A stretch of 64,000 bases of DNA from Oscillospiraceae bacterium (GCA_009777355.1 WRMA01000001.1:28505-92504); one strand, 5' to 3'; positions 10,697 to 17,741 are shown, counted from the stretch's first letter. The notes: generated from the sequence alone by a model not told the origin. Made by a program: numbers and translations.

Positions 10697-10840
10697 TTAT
10701 TTCTTCTCGAAAACCGTTTTGATACCGTCGCCTTCAAGCGTCAGTTTATTCCCGTCGAGAGTTCCTTTTACGGTTTCTCCGCCGCTTGTTATCTCTATAG
10801 ACTTACCGTTTATTTCAAAATTTTTTATATTTATACCACT
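10697..10840 (-). pseudogene. 47-codon C-terminal gene remnant (..NFEINGKSIEITSGGETVKGTLDGNKLTLEGDGIKTVFEKK*) lacking any ATG/GTG/TTG start
   Basis: My own translation. The open frame is bounded upstream by TAA at 10841-10843 and has no canonical start. Confidence 0.45.
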
Positions 10841-10847
10841 TTAATCA

Positions 10848-10876
10848 ATTATAGCAGTATATTACTCTTATGTCAA
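10848..10876 (-). promoter_or_regulatory. Consensus promoter TTGACA-N17-TATAAT firing toward the remnant, TPP riboswitch and thiT
   Basis: -35 at 10871-10876 and -10 at 10848-10853, read on the minus strand. Confidence 0.6.
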
Positions 10877-10916
10877 TATATTTTTAAGCGAACGCCATAA
10901 ATTTTTTTATTTTTGC

Positions 10917-10945
10917 TTGACAATAATAAACAATCGTGATATAAT
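10917..10945 (+). promoter_or_regulatory. Consensus promoter TTGACA-N17-TATAAT for candidate antisense RNA (copy L)
   Basis: -35 at 10917-10922 and -10 at 10940-10945. Confidence 0.6.
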
Positions 10946-10951
10946 TAAATA

Positions 10952-11086
10952 TGCAAATGAAAGAAAGAGCGGTGTAACGCTCTCTCAATCAGCCGCGCCG
11001 GCCGCTTAAGGCGGCAGGCTTTGCGTAGTTTAAGTTTTAATTAAACGCCGCTAGTCCTTGCTGGGAGGGCGGCGTTTACTTTTTAT
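10952..11086 (+). ncRNA. Candidate ~135-nt antisense sRNA (copy L), convergent with the small ORF
   Basis: Bounded by the promoter above and by hairpin 11043-11077 followed by ACTTTTTAT. An internal hairpin at 10966-10983 is preserved by a compensatory change relative to copy R. Confidence 0.45.
11043..11077. terminator. Shared (bidirectional) hairpin AAACGCCGC...GCGGCGTTT at the 3' end of the small ORF
   Basis: 9-bp stem with a T-run on the plus-strand side. It overlaps the last codons of the ORF. Confidence 0.55.
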
Positions 11087-11167
11087 CACATTTATTATAT
11101 ATTTTACCGGTTCAATAAAATCCGGAAGAAAATATATTACTAAAAATAATATTTCGCAAACATACAT
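11051..11167 (-). CDS. Small ORF, 38 aa MYVCEILFLVIYFLPDFIEPVKYIINVIKSKRRPPSKD (hydrophobic N-terminus, basic tail); candidate type I toxin-like peptide
   Basis: RBS GAAAGGAG lies 7 nt before the ATG. Compared with copy R it shows 2 synonymous and 1 conservative change. Confidence 0.5.
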   Translation of the reverse strand: MYVCEILFLVIYFLPDFIEPVKYIINVIKSKRRPPSKD

Positions 11168-11310
11168 GAGCTTCACTCCTTTCAGTTGGATTTTTGCGAA
11201 GAAATAATATTCTTCAACCCTCCTTTCGGAACGCAAAGCCATGCCGCCCTTAACGCTGCGACGCGACATATATATTTTCTCATACTTCGACAGTTTTGTC
11301 AAGCGCTTTT

Positions 11311-12891
11311 TTATTTTTTCTGAAACGCAATCACAAAAGGCGCTTCGGGTATGTTTATAAGACGGTGATACAGACAGTCAAAAATTTTCCTGTCGAGATT
11401 TTCCGCAAATTCAAAAATTTTTTCGCCCTCTCTCGTTCCTTCCGAGTGTCCGGGATAAACGCAGACTACTATAACTCCTCCGGCTTTTAATATTTCAAGC
11501 GCGCCTTTTAAGCATATGAGCGTCGACTCTGTCAGGGTCGTTATCGATTTGTCTCCCCCGGGAAGATAACCGAGATTGAAAACCGCTCCGTCAAGCTCTG
11601 TTTCTTCCGGCATATATTTTCTGAAATTTCCGTGAGAATCGCGTATCAAATATATATTTTCATCAAAACAATTCTCGCTTTCAAGCCTTTCTTTTGTCGC
11701 TTCGAGAGCTTTTTGCTGTATGTCAAACGCATAAATTTCAGCTTTCGGACATTTCTTTTTTATATAAAGCGTATCGTGACCGTTACCCATGGTAAAATCG
11801 GCGTAAACTCCGCCGCCCGCCTCAAGGCTTCGGTTAATCGCGACGTCGAGCAGACGCTTCGCAAAGCTTAAAATATTCGTCAGTGATTTTTGTTCCGCCC
11901 CCCTTGCAGAAAGAGGCTGATGCGTTTCTCCTGATTTTTCTAATTTTTTCCCCTGATACGTTCCGCGTTTTGCCAACTCTTTGTCTATATCGTTTATAAC
12001 GGAAAATTTTTTGCTTACCCATTCCGGGAGGGTTTTATCGGATTTATCCGATATTTCGGGGTCTCCCGTAAGGCGCATTATAACTATTTCCGGCGGCAGT
12101 TCTTCAAGCTGCGATACGACAATATCTATATATTCTTCTTTTGACGGTAAATTTATTTTTCCCGAATTATATAAATCGTAAATTTCAGTTCCCGGCTCTA
12201 TATAAAGCGCATGGATTTTTACGCCGAGCGGCAAAGGGTCGAGACTTGCGATATATTTCGCGGTTTCAAGCATCATTTCATAATTTTCACCCGGCAGACC
12301 GTTTATAATATGAATAATTACCGGTATTTTATACTCCGCCAAAATTTTATACGCCTCTTCGAAAACTTCGAGCTTATATCCCCGGTTTATAATACCGGCC
12401 GTTTTATCGTGAAAAGTCTGCAATCCGAGTTCAACCGCCGTATCGAGCCCGGTTCTCACGCCTAATTCGCTTAAATATCCCGCGGTTTCGCCGGTTATAC
12501 AGTCCGGACGGGTCGCCGTATATATCCCGGCAAGATTATCTGTATCCAGAACGCTTTCGTAAACTCTTTTCAGTTCGTCAAGCGAAGCGAAAGTATTTGA
12601 CCCCGCCTGAAAATACGCGATATATTTAGTGTCTCTCCATTTTTTTGAGAGCGCTTCTTTTTTTATATCAAACTGTTTTACTATTTCCCCGGGAGACAGC
12701 AAACCCCCGTTTATATCCCCCGTCCGCGTTTGTATACCCCGGCAGAAAATACAGCCCCTTCCGGTCCGTTTTATATGAGGACAGGAAAAACCGGCGTCAA
12801 GCGCGATTTTCGCCGTCTTAACGCCGTATCTGTTTGCTAAATAATAATCGTAAGCGTGATAACGCTTGTTGTTCGGATATATAAAATTAAT
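11311..12891 (-). CDS. Fusion of a TIGR01212/YtqA-type radical SAM protein with a YtqB-type (PF06962-like) SAM methyltransferase; probable ATT start
   Basis: The C-terminal half has GNGHDT...FNLGYLPGGDKSITT. The Cys-cluster region (FSCPHIKRTGRGCIFC) lies in-frame upstream of the first canonical start at 12702. GGAGGA sits 7 nt before ATT at 12891. Confidence 0.8.
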   Translation of the reverse strand: MNFIYPNNKRYHAYDYYLANRYGVKTAKIALDAGFSCPHIKRTGRGCIFCRGIQTRTGDINGGLLSPGEIVKQFDIKKEALSKKWRDTKYIAYFQAGSNTFASLDELKRVYESVLDTDNLAGIYTATRPDCITGETAGYLSELGVRTGLDTAVELGLQTFHDKTAGIINRGYKLEVFEEAYKILAEYKIPVIIHIINGLPGENYEMMLETAKYIASLDPLPLGVKIHALYIEPGTEIYDLYNSGKINLPSKEEYIDIVVSQLEELPPEIVIMRLTGDPEISDKSDKTLPEWVSKKFSVINDIDKELAKRGTYQGKKLEKSGETHQPLSARGAEQKSLTNILSFAKRLLDVAINRSLEAGGGVYADFTMGNGHDTLYIKKKCPKAEIYAFDIQQKALEATKERLESENCFDENIYLIRDSHGNFRKYMPEETELDGAVFNLGYLPGGDKSITTLTESTLICLKGALEILKAGGVIVVCVYPGHSEGTREGEKIFEFAENLDRKIFDCLYHRLINIPEAPFVIAFQKK

Positions 12892-13680
12892 TTACGCGTC
12901 CTCCGGGTTTCTCTTTGTTATCTCATCGTAGAAAGCGGCCGAAATGATTCCCAGGAAAAGCGGCAGCAGAAGAGCCGCGGCAATAGCAAATATAATCAAA
13001 ACGACCATAAAAATAATACCGGCAACCGGTATCAGCGACAGCAGAAAGAGGATAAGCGCCGTAAGTCCGACTGCGAGACAGATAATAAAATCAACGAGGA
13101 ACATTTTGCCTTTATGGCCGTTCGTCTGAACCATGGATTTTTTCAAAGCCTCCGTCGCGGGTATATCGGGTTCGCCCAGCATTATGTAGGGAACAAATCT
13201 GTAAGAATAAGACTTGATAACGGCGAAAACGAATCCGGCGAACGGAATAAGCCCCCAGATAAACACCCACAGACTCATCCATGCCATCCCTCCCGCGTTA
13301 CGGAAAAATTTACTGCTGAATCCTTCGAAAAGCTGCGCCGAGCTTACTTGTTTGCCGCGGTATCCTTTGAGATAAATCGACGTCATGCCGAGCGAAAGAA
13401 CGAGCGTCACCGCGATTCCCAACCCCGGTATTCCCAGAAACATAAAGCTTGCAAGCATCGCCAAAATAGAGTAGAGAAGCGAAAGCCCCCAAAGCAGCAG
13501 GGGTTTTTTCAGAAGAAACCTCGCCGATTTTGAGACGACGTCTCCGACCATACCCGTTTTTTCAAGACTCTGAGTAATATTCCGGGTCTGTTTCGCTTCG
13601 CCTCCGCCGAGACTGCTCCCGCAGTCGCTGCAGAACAGGCTGCCGTCGTTGTTCTGAACTCCGCATTTTGAACAAAACAT
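12892..13680 (-). CDS. Membrane protein with N-terminal zinc ribbon (CSKCG...CSDCG) and DUF975-like multi-TM domain
   Basis: 262 aa with an AGGAGG RBS. CxxC-x14-CxxC is followed by 5-6 TM segments. Confidence 0.8.
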   Translation of the reverse strand: MFCSKCGVQNNDGSLFCSDCGSSLGGGEAKQTRNITQSLEKTGMVGDVVSKSARFLLKKPLLLWGLSLLYSILAMLASFMFLGIPGLGIAVTLVLSLGMTSIYLKGYRGKQVSSAQLFEGFSSKFFRNAGGMAWMSLWVFIWGLIPFAGFVFAVIKSYSYRFVPYIMLGEPDIPATEALKKSMVQTNGHKGKMFLVDFIICLAVGLTALILFLLSLIPVAGIIFMVVLIIFAIAAALLLPLFLGIISAAFYDEITKRNPEDA

Positions 13681-13745
13681 GATAAATCCTCCTTAAAAAT
13701 AATAATATTTACGTTATTTTATTAATATATTTTAAAATTACTTAA

Positions 13746-13775
13746 ATTATAACATAATATTATTAAATTTGTCAA
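13746..13775 (-). promoter_or_regulatory. Promoter TTGACA-N18-TATAAT for the zinc-ribbon/radical-SAM gene pair
   Basis: Hexamers read on the minus strand, ~65 nt upstream of the start at 13680. Confidence 0.55.
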
Positions 13776-13928
13776 GCAGTTATAAAAAAACTCTTGACAA
13801 AAATGTCGAAATGCGCGAAAATATATATGTCGCGTCGCAGCGTTAAGGGCGGCATGGCTTTGCGTTCCGAAAGGAGGGTTGAAGAAAACTATTTCTTCGC
13901 AAAAATCCAACTGAAAGGAGTGAAGCTC

Positions 13929-14036
13929 ATGTATGTTTGCGAAATATTATTTTTAGTAATATATTTCCTGCCGGATTTTATTGAACCGGTAAAATATATA
14001 ATAAATCTGATAAAAAGTAAACGCCGCCCCCAATAG
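13929..14036 (+). CDS. Small ORF, 35 aa MYVCEILFLVIYFLPDFIEPVKYIINLIKSKRRPQ; candidate type I toxin-like peptide
   Basis: RBS GAAAGGAG lies 7 nt upstream. A TTGACA box at 13794-13799 precedes a ~100-nt leader. Confidence 0.5.
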   Translation: MYVCEILFLVIYFLPDFIEPVKYIINLIKSKRRPQ

Positions 14037-14164
14037 CAAAGGTTTGCGGCGTTTATAAATTATAATCTACGCAAAGCCTGCCGCCTTAAGCGGCCGGCGC
14101 GGCTGATTGAGAGAGTGTTAGCAGCACTCTTTCTTTCATTTCTGTCTGTCGGACAGACAGGCAC
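14010..14164 (-). ncRNA. Candidate ~155-nt antisense sRNA (copy R)
   Basis: Runs from the consensus promoter at 14171-14199 to the shared hairpin. It has a 5' hairpin CCTGTCTGTCCGACAGACAG and the hairpin AGAGTG/CACTCT. Confidence 0.45.
14019..14054. terminator. Shared hairpin AAACGCCGC...GCGGCGTTT overlapping the ORF stop
   Basis: 9-bp stem. The T-run (ACTTTTTAT) is on the minus-strand side, so it fits termination of the antisense RNA. A second hairpin at 14112-14130 followed by TTCTTTCATTTCT fits the plus-strand mRNA. Confidence 0.55.
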
Positions 14165-14170
14165 ACACTA

Positions 14171-14199
14171 ATTATATCACGATTGTTTACTAATGTCAA
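14171..14199 (-). promoter_or_regulatory. Consensus promoter TTGACA-N17-TATAAT for the antisense RNA (copy R)
   Basis: -35 at 14194-14199 and -10 at 14171-14176 on the minus strand. Confidence 0.6.
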
Positions 14200-14231
14200 G
14201 CGAATATAAAAAAATAGATATCTGCAAAATA

Positions 14232-16220
14232 TTACCTCGATATTTTATACGCCGCCGCCGTTCTTTTCTCCAATATAAAATCAGATTTTTCTTCAGAATC
14301 CCTCTCTTTTTTCCAACCGCCGAATCTTTCCCACGACGTGTCCAGTATTTTTTTATAATTTCCGAATAAATTTTTTGATTTTAAGACCTCTCCGAAATCA
14401 TAGCTTCCGGATACGCGGAAATTAAACAGAAACAACAGATTATCTTTTTTGAACGCAATAATTTTCTCTTCCTCGCCTATATATAAACTCTCCGAATTAT
14501 ATTTTAATATATTATTTTTCCCCGCAAGCTTTATTAACGCTTCATCGAAATTCTGTAAATATTTATATTTTAAATCCTGATTATCAGCAAGACTCCAGAG
14601 TCTTCTCGCATAATGATAACTGTCGTTATTTTCCGGTCTGGGAAAGTCTATCCATTCGGGGTGTCCGAACTCGTTGCCCATAAAATTTAAATAGCCTTCA
14701 CCCGCGCACATACACGTTATCAGTCTTATTAATTTATGCAGGGAAACCGCCCGTTCTACAACTAAACTATCAGAATCCTCATGCATATTCCAGTACATTT
14801 CTTTGTCCGCGAGCCAGAACATAATAGTCTTATCCCCGACGAGAGCCTGGTCGTGCGATTCGCAGTAGCCTATGACTTTTTCTTTCGGACGTCTCTGCGT
14901 CAGTTCCCAGAATATATGCCCCATATGCCAGTCCTCGTCCTGTTTAGTCCTGAGATTTTTAACCCAGAAATCGGGCGTTCCCATACCCAGCCTGTAATCG
15001 AACCCCAAACCTCCCCATTTTACCGGCAGGCACATTCCCGGCATACCGCTCATATCTTCGGCAATTAATATGCAGTCCGGCTTAATTTCTTTGCACAAAT
15101 CAGACGCGAGCTGCAAGTAAGCGACGGACTCCAAATCTGTATTCGGCGAAAAATACTTATTATAATTATCAAAAGATTCCCCCAGACCGTGGTCATGATA
15201 CAGCATAGAAGTTACCCCGTCGAATCTGAACCCGTCGAATTTATATTCCTCAAGCCAGAATTTTAAATTGGACAAAAGAAAATGCAGAACCTCGCCTTTG
15301 CCGTAATCAAACAATCTCGTTCCCCACGTGGGGTGCGAGCCTCTTTCTCCCGCATGAAAATACTGATACTCCGTTCCGTCGAATTTCGCTAACCCTTCGT
15401 CGGCGTTCGGCGCGGCGTGCGAGTGAACCAAATCGAGCAGGACGGCGATTCCCATTTCGTGAGCCGTATCTATCAGCCGTTTTAATTCTTCGGGCGTTCC
15501 GAATCTCGACGAAACTGCGAAAAAATTAGATACCTGATAACCGAACGACCCGTAATACGGATGCTCTGCGATTGCCATAAGCTGAATCGTGTTATACCCC
15601 AGTTTCTTCACCCTCGGCAGAACAATATTTATATAGTCTGCAAATCCCGATACTTTTTCTTCTTCTCCGCACATTCCGACATGACTCTCATAAATCAGCG
15701 GCGTTTTGATTTTTTTTATGTCAAAATTTTCAACCCGCCATTTATATTTACTGTCCCAGACCTGACCGTAAAACTCGAAAGTCTCGGGATTCTGCTCAAC
15801 TCTTCTGCAATACGCCGGGATTCTGTCGAAGATTTCCCCGTTTGCCTTTATTCTTATTTTAATTTTTGATTCGTGAGGCAGGGAATTGATTCCCGGTATA
15901 AAAATCTCCCAAACCCCCGGGATTTGCGATTCGGACGGCTTTAATTTATGCGATTTGTCATTCCAGCCGTTAAACTCGCCGATAAGAGAAATCTCTTCGG
16001 CGTTCGGAGCCCATTCCCTATAATACCAGCCGTTATTTTTCTTTGATTTATGAAACCCGAAATATAAATGCCCGTTCGCGAAATCCGACAAACTTTTTGT
16101 ATTATTCAAAAGCTTTTTTTTAAGCTTCGCGTAATTTTTCATGCGCAGCTCTATATCGCCGCCGTAATCGTTCAGATATTTATCAATCTCAAGTATTTTA
16201 TATTTATATTTTTTACCCAT
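14232..16220 (-). CDS. glgB: 1,4-alpha-glucan branching enzyme (GH13)
   Basis: 662 aa with GH13 catalytic regions DLVHSHAA, GFRFDGVTSM and IAEDMSG, plus an N-terminal CBM48-like region. Confidence 0.9.
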   Translation of the reverse strand: MGKKYKYKILEIDKYLNDYGGDIELRMKNYAKLKKKLLNNTKSLSDFANGHLYFGFHKSKKNNGWYYREWAPNAEEISLIGEFNGWNDKSHKLKPSESQIPGVWEIFIPGINSLPHESKIKIRIKANGEIFDRIPAYCRRVEQNPETFEFYGQVWDSKYKWRVENFDIKKIKTPLIYESHVGMCGEEEKVSGFADYINIVLPRVKKLGYNTIQLMAIAEHPYYGSFGYQVSNFFAVSSRFGTPEELKRLIDTAHEMGIAVLLDLVHSHAAPNADEGLAKFDGTEYQYFHAGERGSHPTWGTRLFDYGKGEVLHFLLSNLKFWLEEYKFDGFRFDGVTSMLYHDHGLGESFDNYNKYFSPNTDLESVAYLQLASDLCKEIKPDCILIAEDMSGMPGMCLPVKWGGLGFDYRLGMGTPDFWVKNLRTKQDEDWHMGHIFWELTQRRPKEKVIGYCESHDQALVGDKTIMFWLADKEMYWNMHEDSDSLVVERAVSLHKLIRLITCMCAGEGYLNFMGNEFGHPEWIDFPRPENNDSYHYARRLWSLADNQDLKYKYLQNFDEALIKLAGKNNILKYNSESLYIGEEEKIIAFKKDNLLFLFNFRVSGSYDFGEVLKSKNLFGNYKKILDTSWERFGGWKKERDSEEKSDFILEKRTAAAYKISR

Positions 16221-16258
16221 TCTGTTTAGTTTCCCCTTTTTTTATCGTTTCTTTTTTG

Positions 16259-16292
16259 CTTACTTTTTTCTTTTCGTAAAGAAAAAAGTAAG
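16259..16292. repeat. AT-rich palindrome CTTACTTTTTTCTTT-TCGT-AAAGAAAAAAGTAAG
   Basis: 15-bp arms. Same family as 2085-2116. It lies between the chrA-like stop and the glgB start. Confidence 0.8.
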
Positions 16293-16293
16293 T

Positions 16294-16896
16294 TTACGCC
16301 CTCCATATAAGCCCGATTAAAGCTCCCGCAAGAATTATAATTGCCGGACTTAAATTAAAATATATGCTGAAAAAACACGCCAGACCCGCGACCGCGACGT
16401 ATATTATCGGGTCAATGCCGAATATTATAACGGTATAATTCCACGCGAGCATACAGATTAATCCCGCCGACAGTAGATTTATATACTTAACAGAATACTT
16501 AAACAATATATTTTTATATAGTTTCTCTCCGGTTTTTAATATAGCCGCGATAATCAGGACAGACGGGGTCATATATGCGATAACTCCCAGAATCCCGCCT
16601 AAAATCCCGAGATTCGTGTATGTTCCGAGATACGCCGCGAGCGTCATTCCCTGCGCGTAACCGCCGATTTGGGATATCGTCGCGACGTTTAGAATCTGTA
16701 TTTCCATTTGCTCAAACCTGAAGATAATCTCTTCGGATTTTATAATCTCCGGATTAGCGTCTATAACCGTATAAAATTTATCTATCCAGCCCCGGGCGAA
16801 CTCTTTCATAATATTGATTCCGCCGATACCTCCGCCGAAACTGCCGACTCCCGCGAGAAGCATTGCGAGTATGTATTCAAAAAAATTAACTATCAT
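16294..16896 (-). CDS. Chromate transporter family protein (second half-size subunit)
   Basis: 200-aa polytopic protein, 4 nt downstream of a paralogous half-size gene. Confidence 0.75.
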   Translation of the reverse strand: MIVNFFEYILAMLLAGVGSFGGGIGGINIMKEFARGWIDKFYTVIDANPEIIKSEEIIFRFEQMEIQILNVATISQIGGYAQGMTLAAYLGTYTNLGILGGILGVIAYMTPSVLIIAAILKTGEKLYKNILFKYSVKYINLLSAGLICMLAWNYTVIIFGIDPIIYVAVAGLACFFSIYFNLSPAIIILAGALIGLIWRA

Positions 16897-16900
16897 AATT

Positions 16901-17662
16901 TTACTCCTCGCCTCTGTATTTTCTCTTTTTCGCAGCCTCTTCCTCGAGCTGTTGCCTGCGTTTCTTTATCGTGTCGTCGTCTATATATTTTCTCAGCGCG
17001 TATTCTTCTTCCCTCAACTGACGCTCTCTTAATTTTTTGCCTTTTCTGCTGTACGGGTCTATATATTTTTTACTCGGGTTCTTCTCCCTGTATTCCAGTA
17101 ATTTTACGTGGATAATCCCGAATATTACCCCGAATATAACTACAGCGATAATATAAAACGGCATTAATATATGATTCCCGATTCCCGTAATATCGCTTAA
17201 AAAAATAAATATAAACGCGGACGGGATTATTACTGACAAAGACTTCGCGCCGGTTTTGTTAAAATAAACTATTTTAATCAAATGAGCGATAATTAAACCC
17301 AGAGCCGCCGCGTGCATACCCCTGACGGCCGAGTTTACAAAACTCCCCGCTCCTGAATAAAACAGATTATTATATACAAAATATAAAGCCGCGGCCGCGG
17401 CAATCACCGGGATAAACAACGCCGCGACAGAAACGCAAACCCCAATCGTTCCGTTTATTTTACCGCCGACGTACGCCGCGTATTTTATTCCCGCAGGTCC
17501 GGGAGTATCTCTCAAAAGCTGCTCTTTTTCGTCGAAATCTTCGGCCGGGAAATATTCGGGGCAGAATTTTGCCTTTATATAATCGTGCATATTATATTCG
17601 TCGCGGGGTTTAATCAGCCCGAATTTTAAAAACCAGACAAAAAGCATAAGATTTTTATTCAT
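16901..17662 (-). CDS. Chromate transporter family protein (first half-size subunit) with charged C-terminal tail
   Basis: Start reassigned to MNKNLMLF (RBS GGAGAAG). The longer ORF-track version would run through a plus-strand promoter. Confidence 0.75.
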   Translation of the reverse strand: MNKNLMLFVWFLKFGLIKPRDEYNMHDYIKAKFCPEYFPAEDFDEKEQLLRDTPGPAGIKYAAYVGGKINGTIGVCVSVAALFIPVIAAAAALYFVYNNLFYSGAGSFVNSAVRGMHAAALGLIIAHLIKIVYFNKTGAKSLSVIIPSAFIFIFLSDITGIGNHILMPFYIIAVVIFGVIFGIIHVKLLEYREKNPSKKYIDPYSRKGKKLRERQLREEEYALRKYIDDDTIKKRRQQLEEEAAKKRKYRGEE

Positions 17663-17706
17663 GAAAAATACTTCTCCGTTTTTTTGAAATTTAAAATAAA
17701 AAAATC

Positions 17707-17735
17707 TTGACATTAATAAATTAATATGATATAAT
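17707..17735 (+). promoter_or_regulatory. Consensus promoter TTGACA-N17-TATAAT for the candidate antisense RNA of the third module
   Basis: -35 at 17707-17712 and -10 at 17730-17735. Confidence 0.6.
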
Positions 17736-17741
17736 GGCAGC

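Larger units (their letters stand above)
10905..11306. repeat. Left copy of a ~400-bp inverted duplication (small-ORF/antisense-RNA module, copy L)
   Basis: The reverse complement aligns by eye with 13791-14205 along its whole length. Confidence 0.85.
13791..14205. repeat. Right copy of the ~400-bp inverted duplication (module copy R)
   Basis: Aligns with the reverse complement of 10905-11306. Confidence 0.85.

Noticed and set aside
11051-11302. The 83-aa ORF-track entry here, and its 80-aa mirror at 13794-14036, spanning the repeat modules.
   Set aside because: These long frames begin inside or at the promoter TTGACA box and read through the structured leader with no RBS. Only the last 35-38 codons have an SD (GAAAGGAG). 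I call only the short ORFs.
12856-13533. A 225-aa K/R/Q-rich plus-strand ORF.
   Set aside because: It is an antisense shadow of the well-supported zinc-ribbon/DUF975 membrane gene. It has low-complexity composition and no RBS.
13879-13914. An 11-codon upstream ORF (TTG AAG AAA ACT ... TGA) in the module leader. Its stop overlaps the main SD.
   Set aside because: The TTG directly abuts the GGAGGG sequence with no spacer, so that sequence cannot serve as its SD. The GGAGGG looks instead like an orphan SD homologous to the functional one in the 17.9-kb locus.
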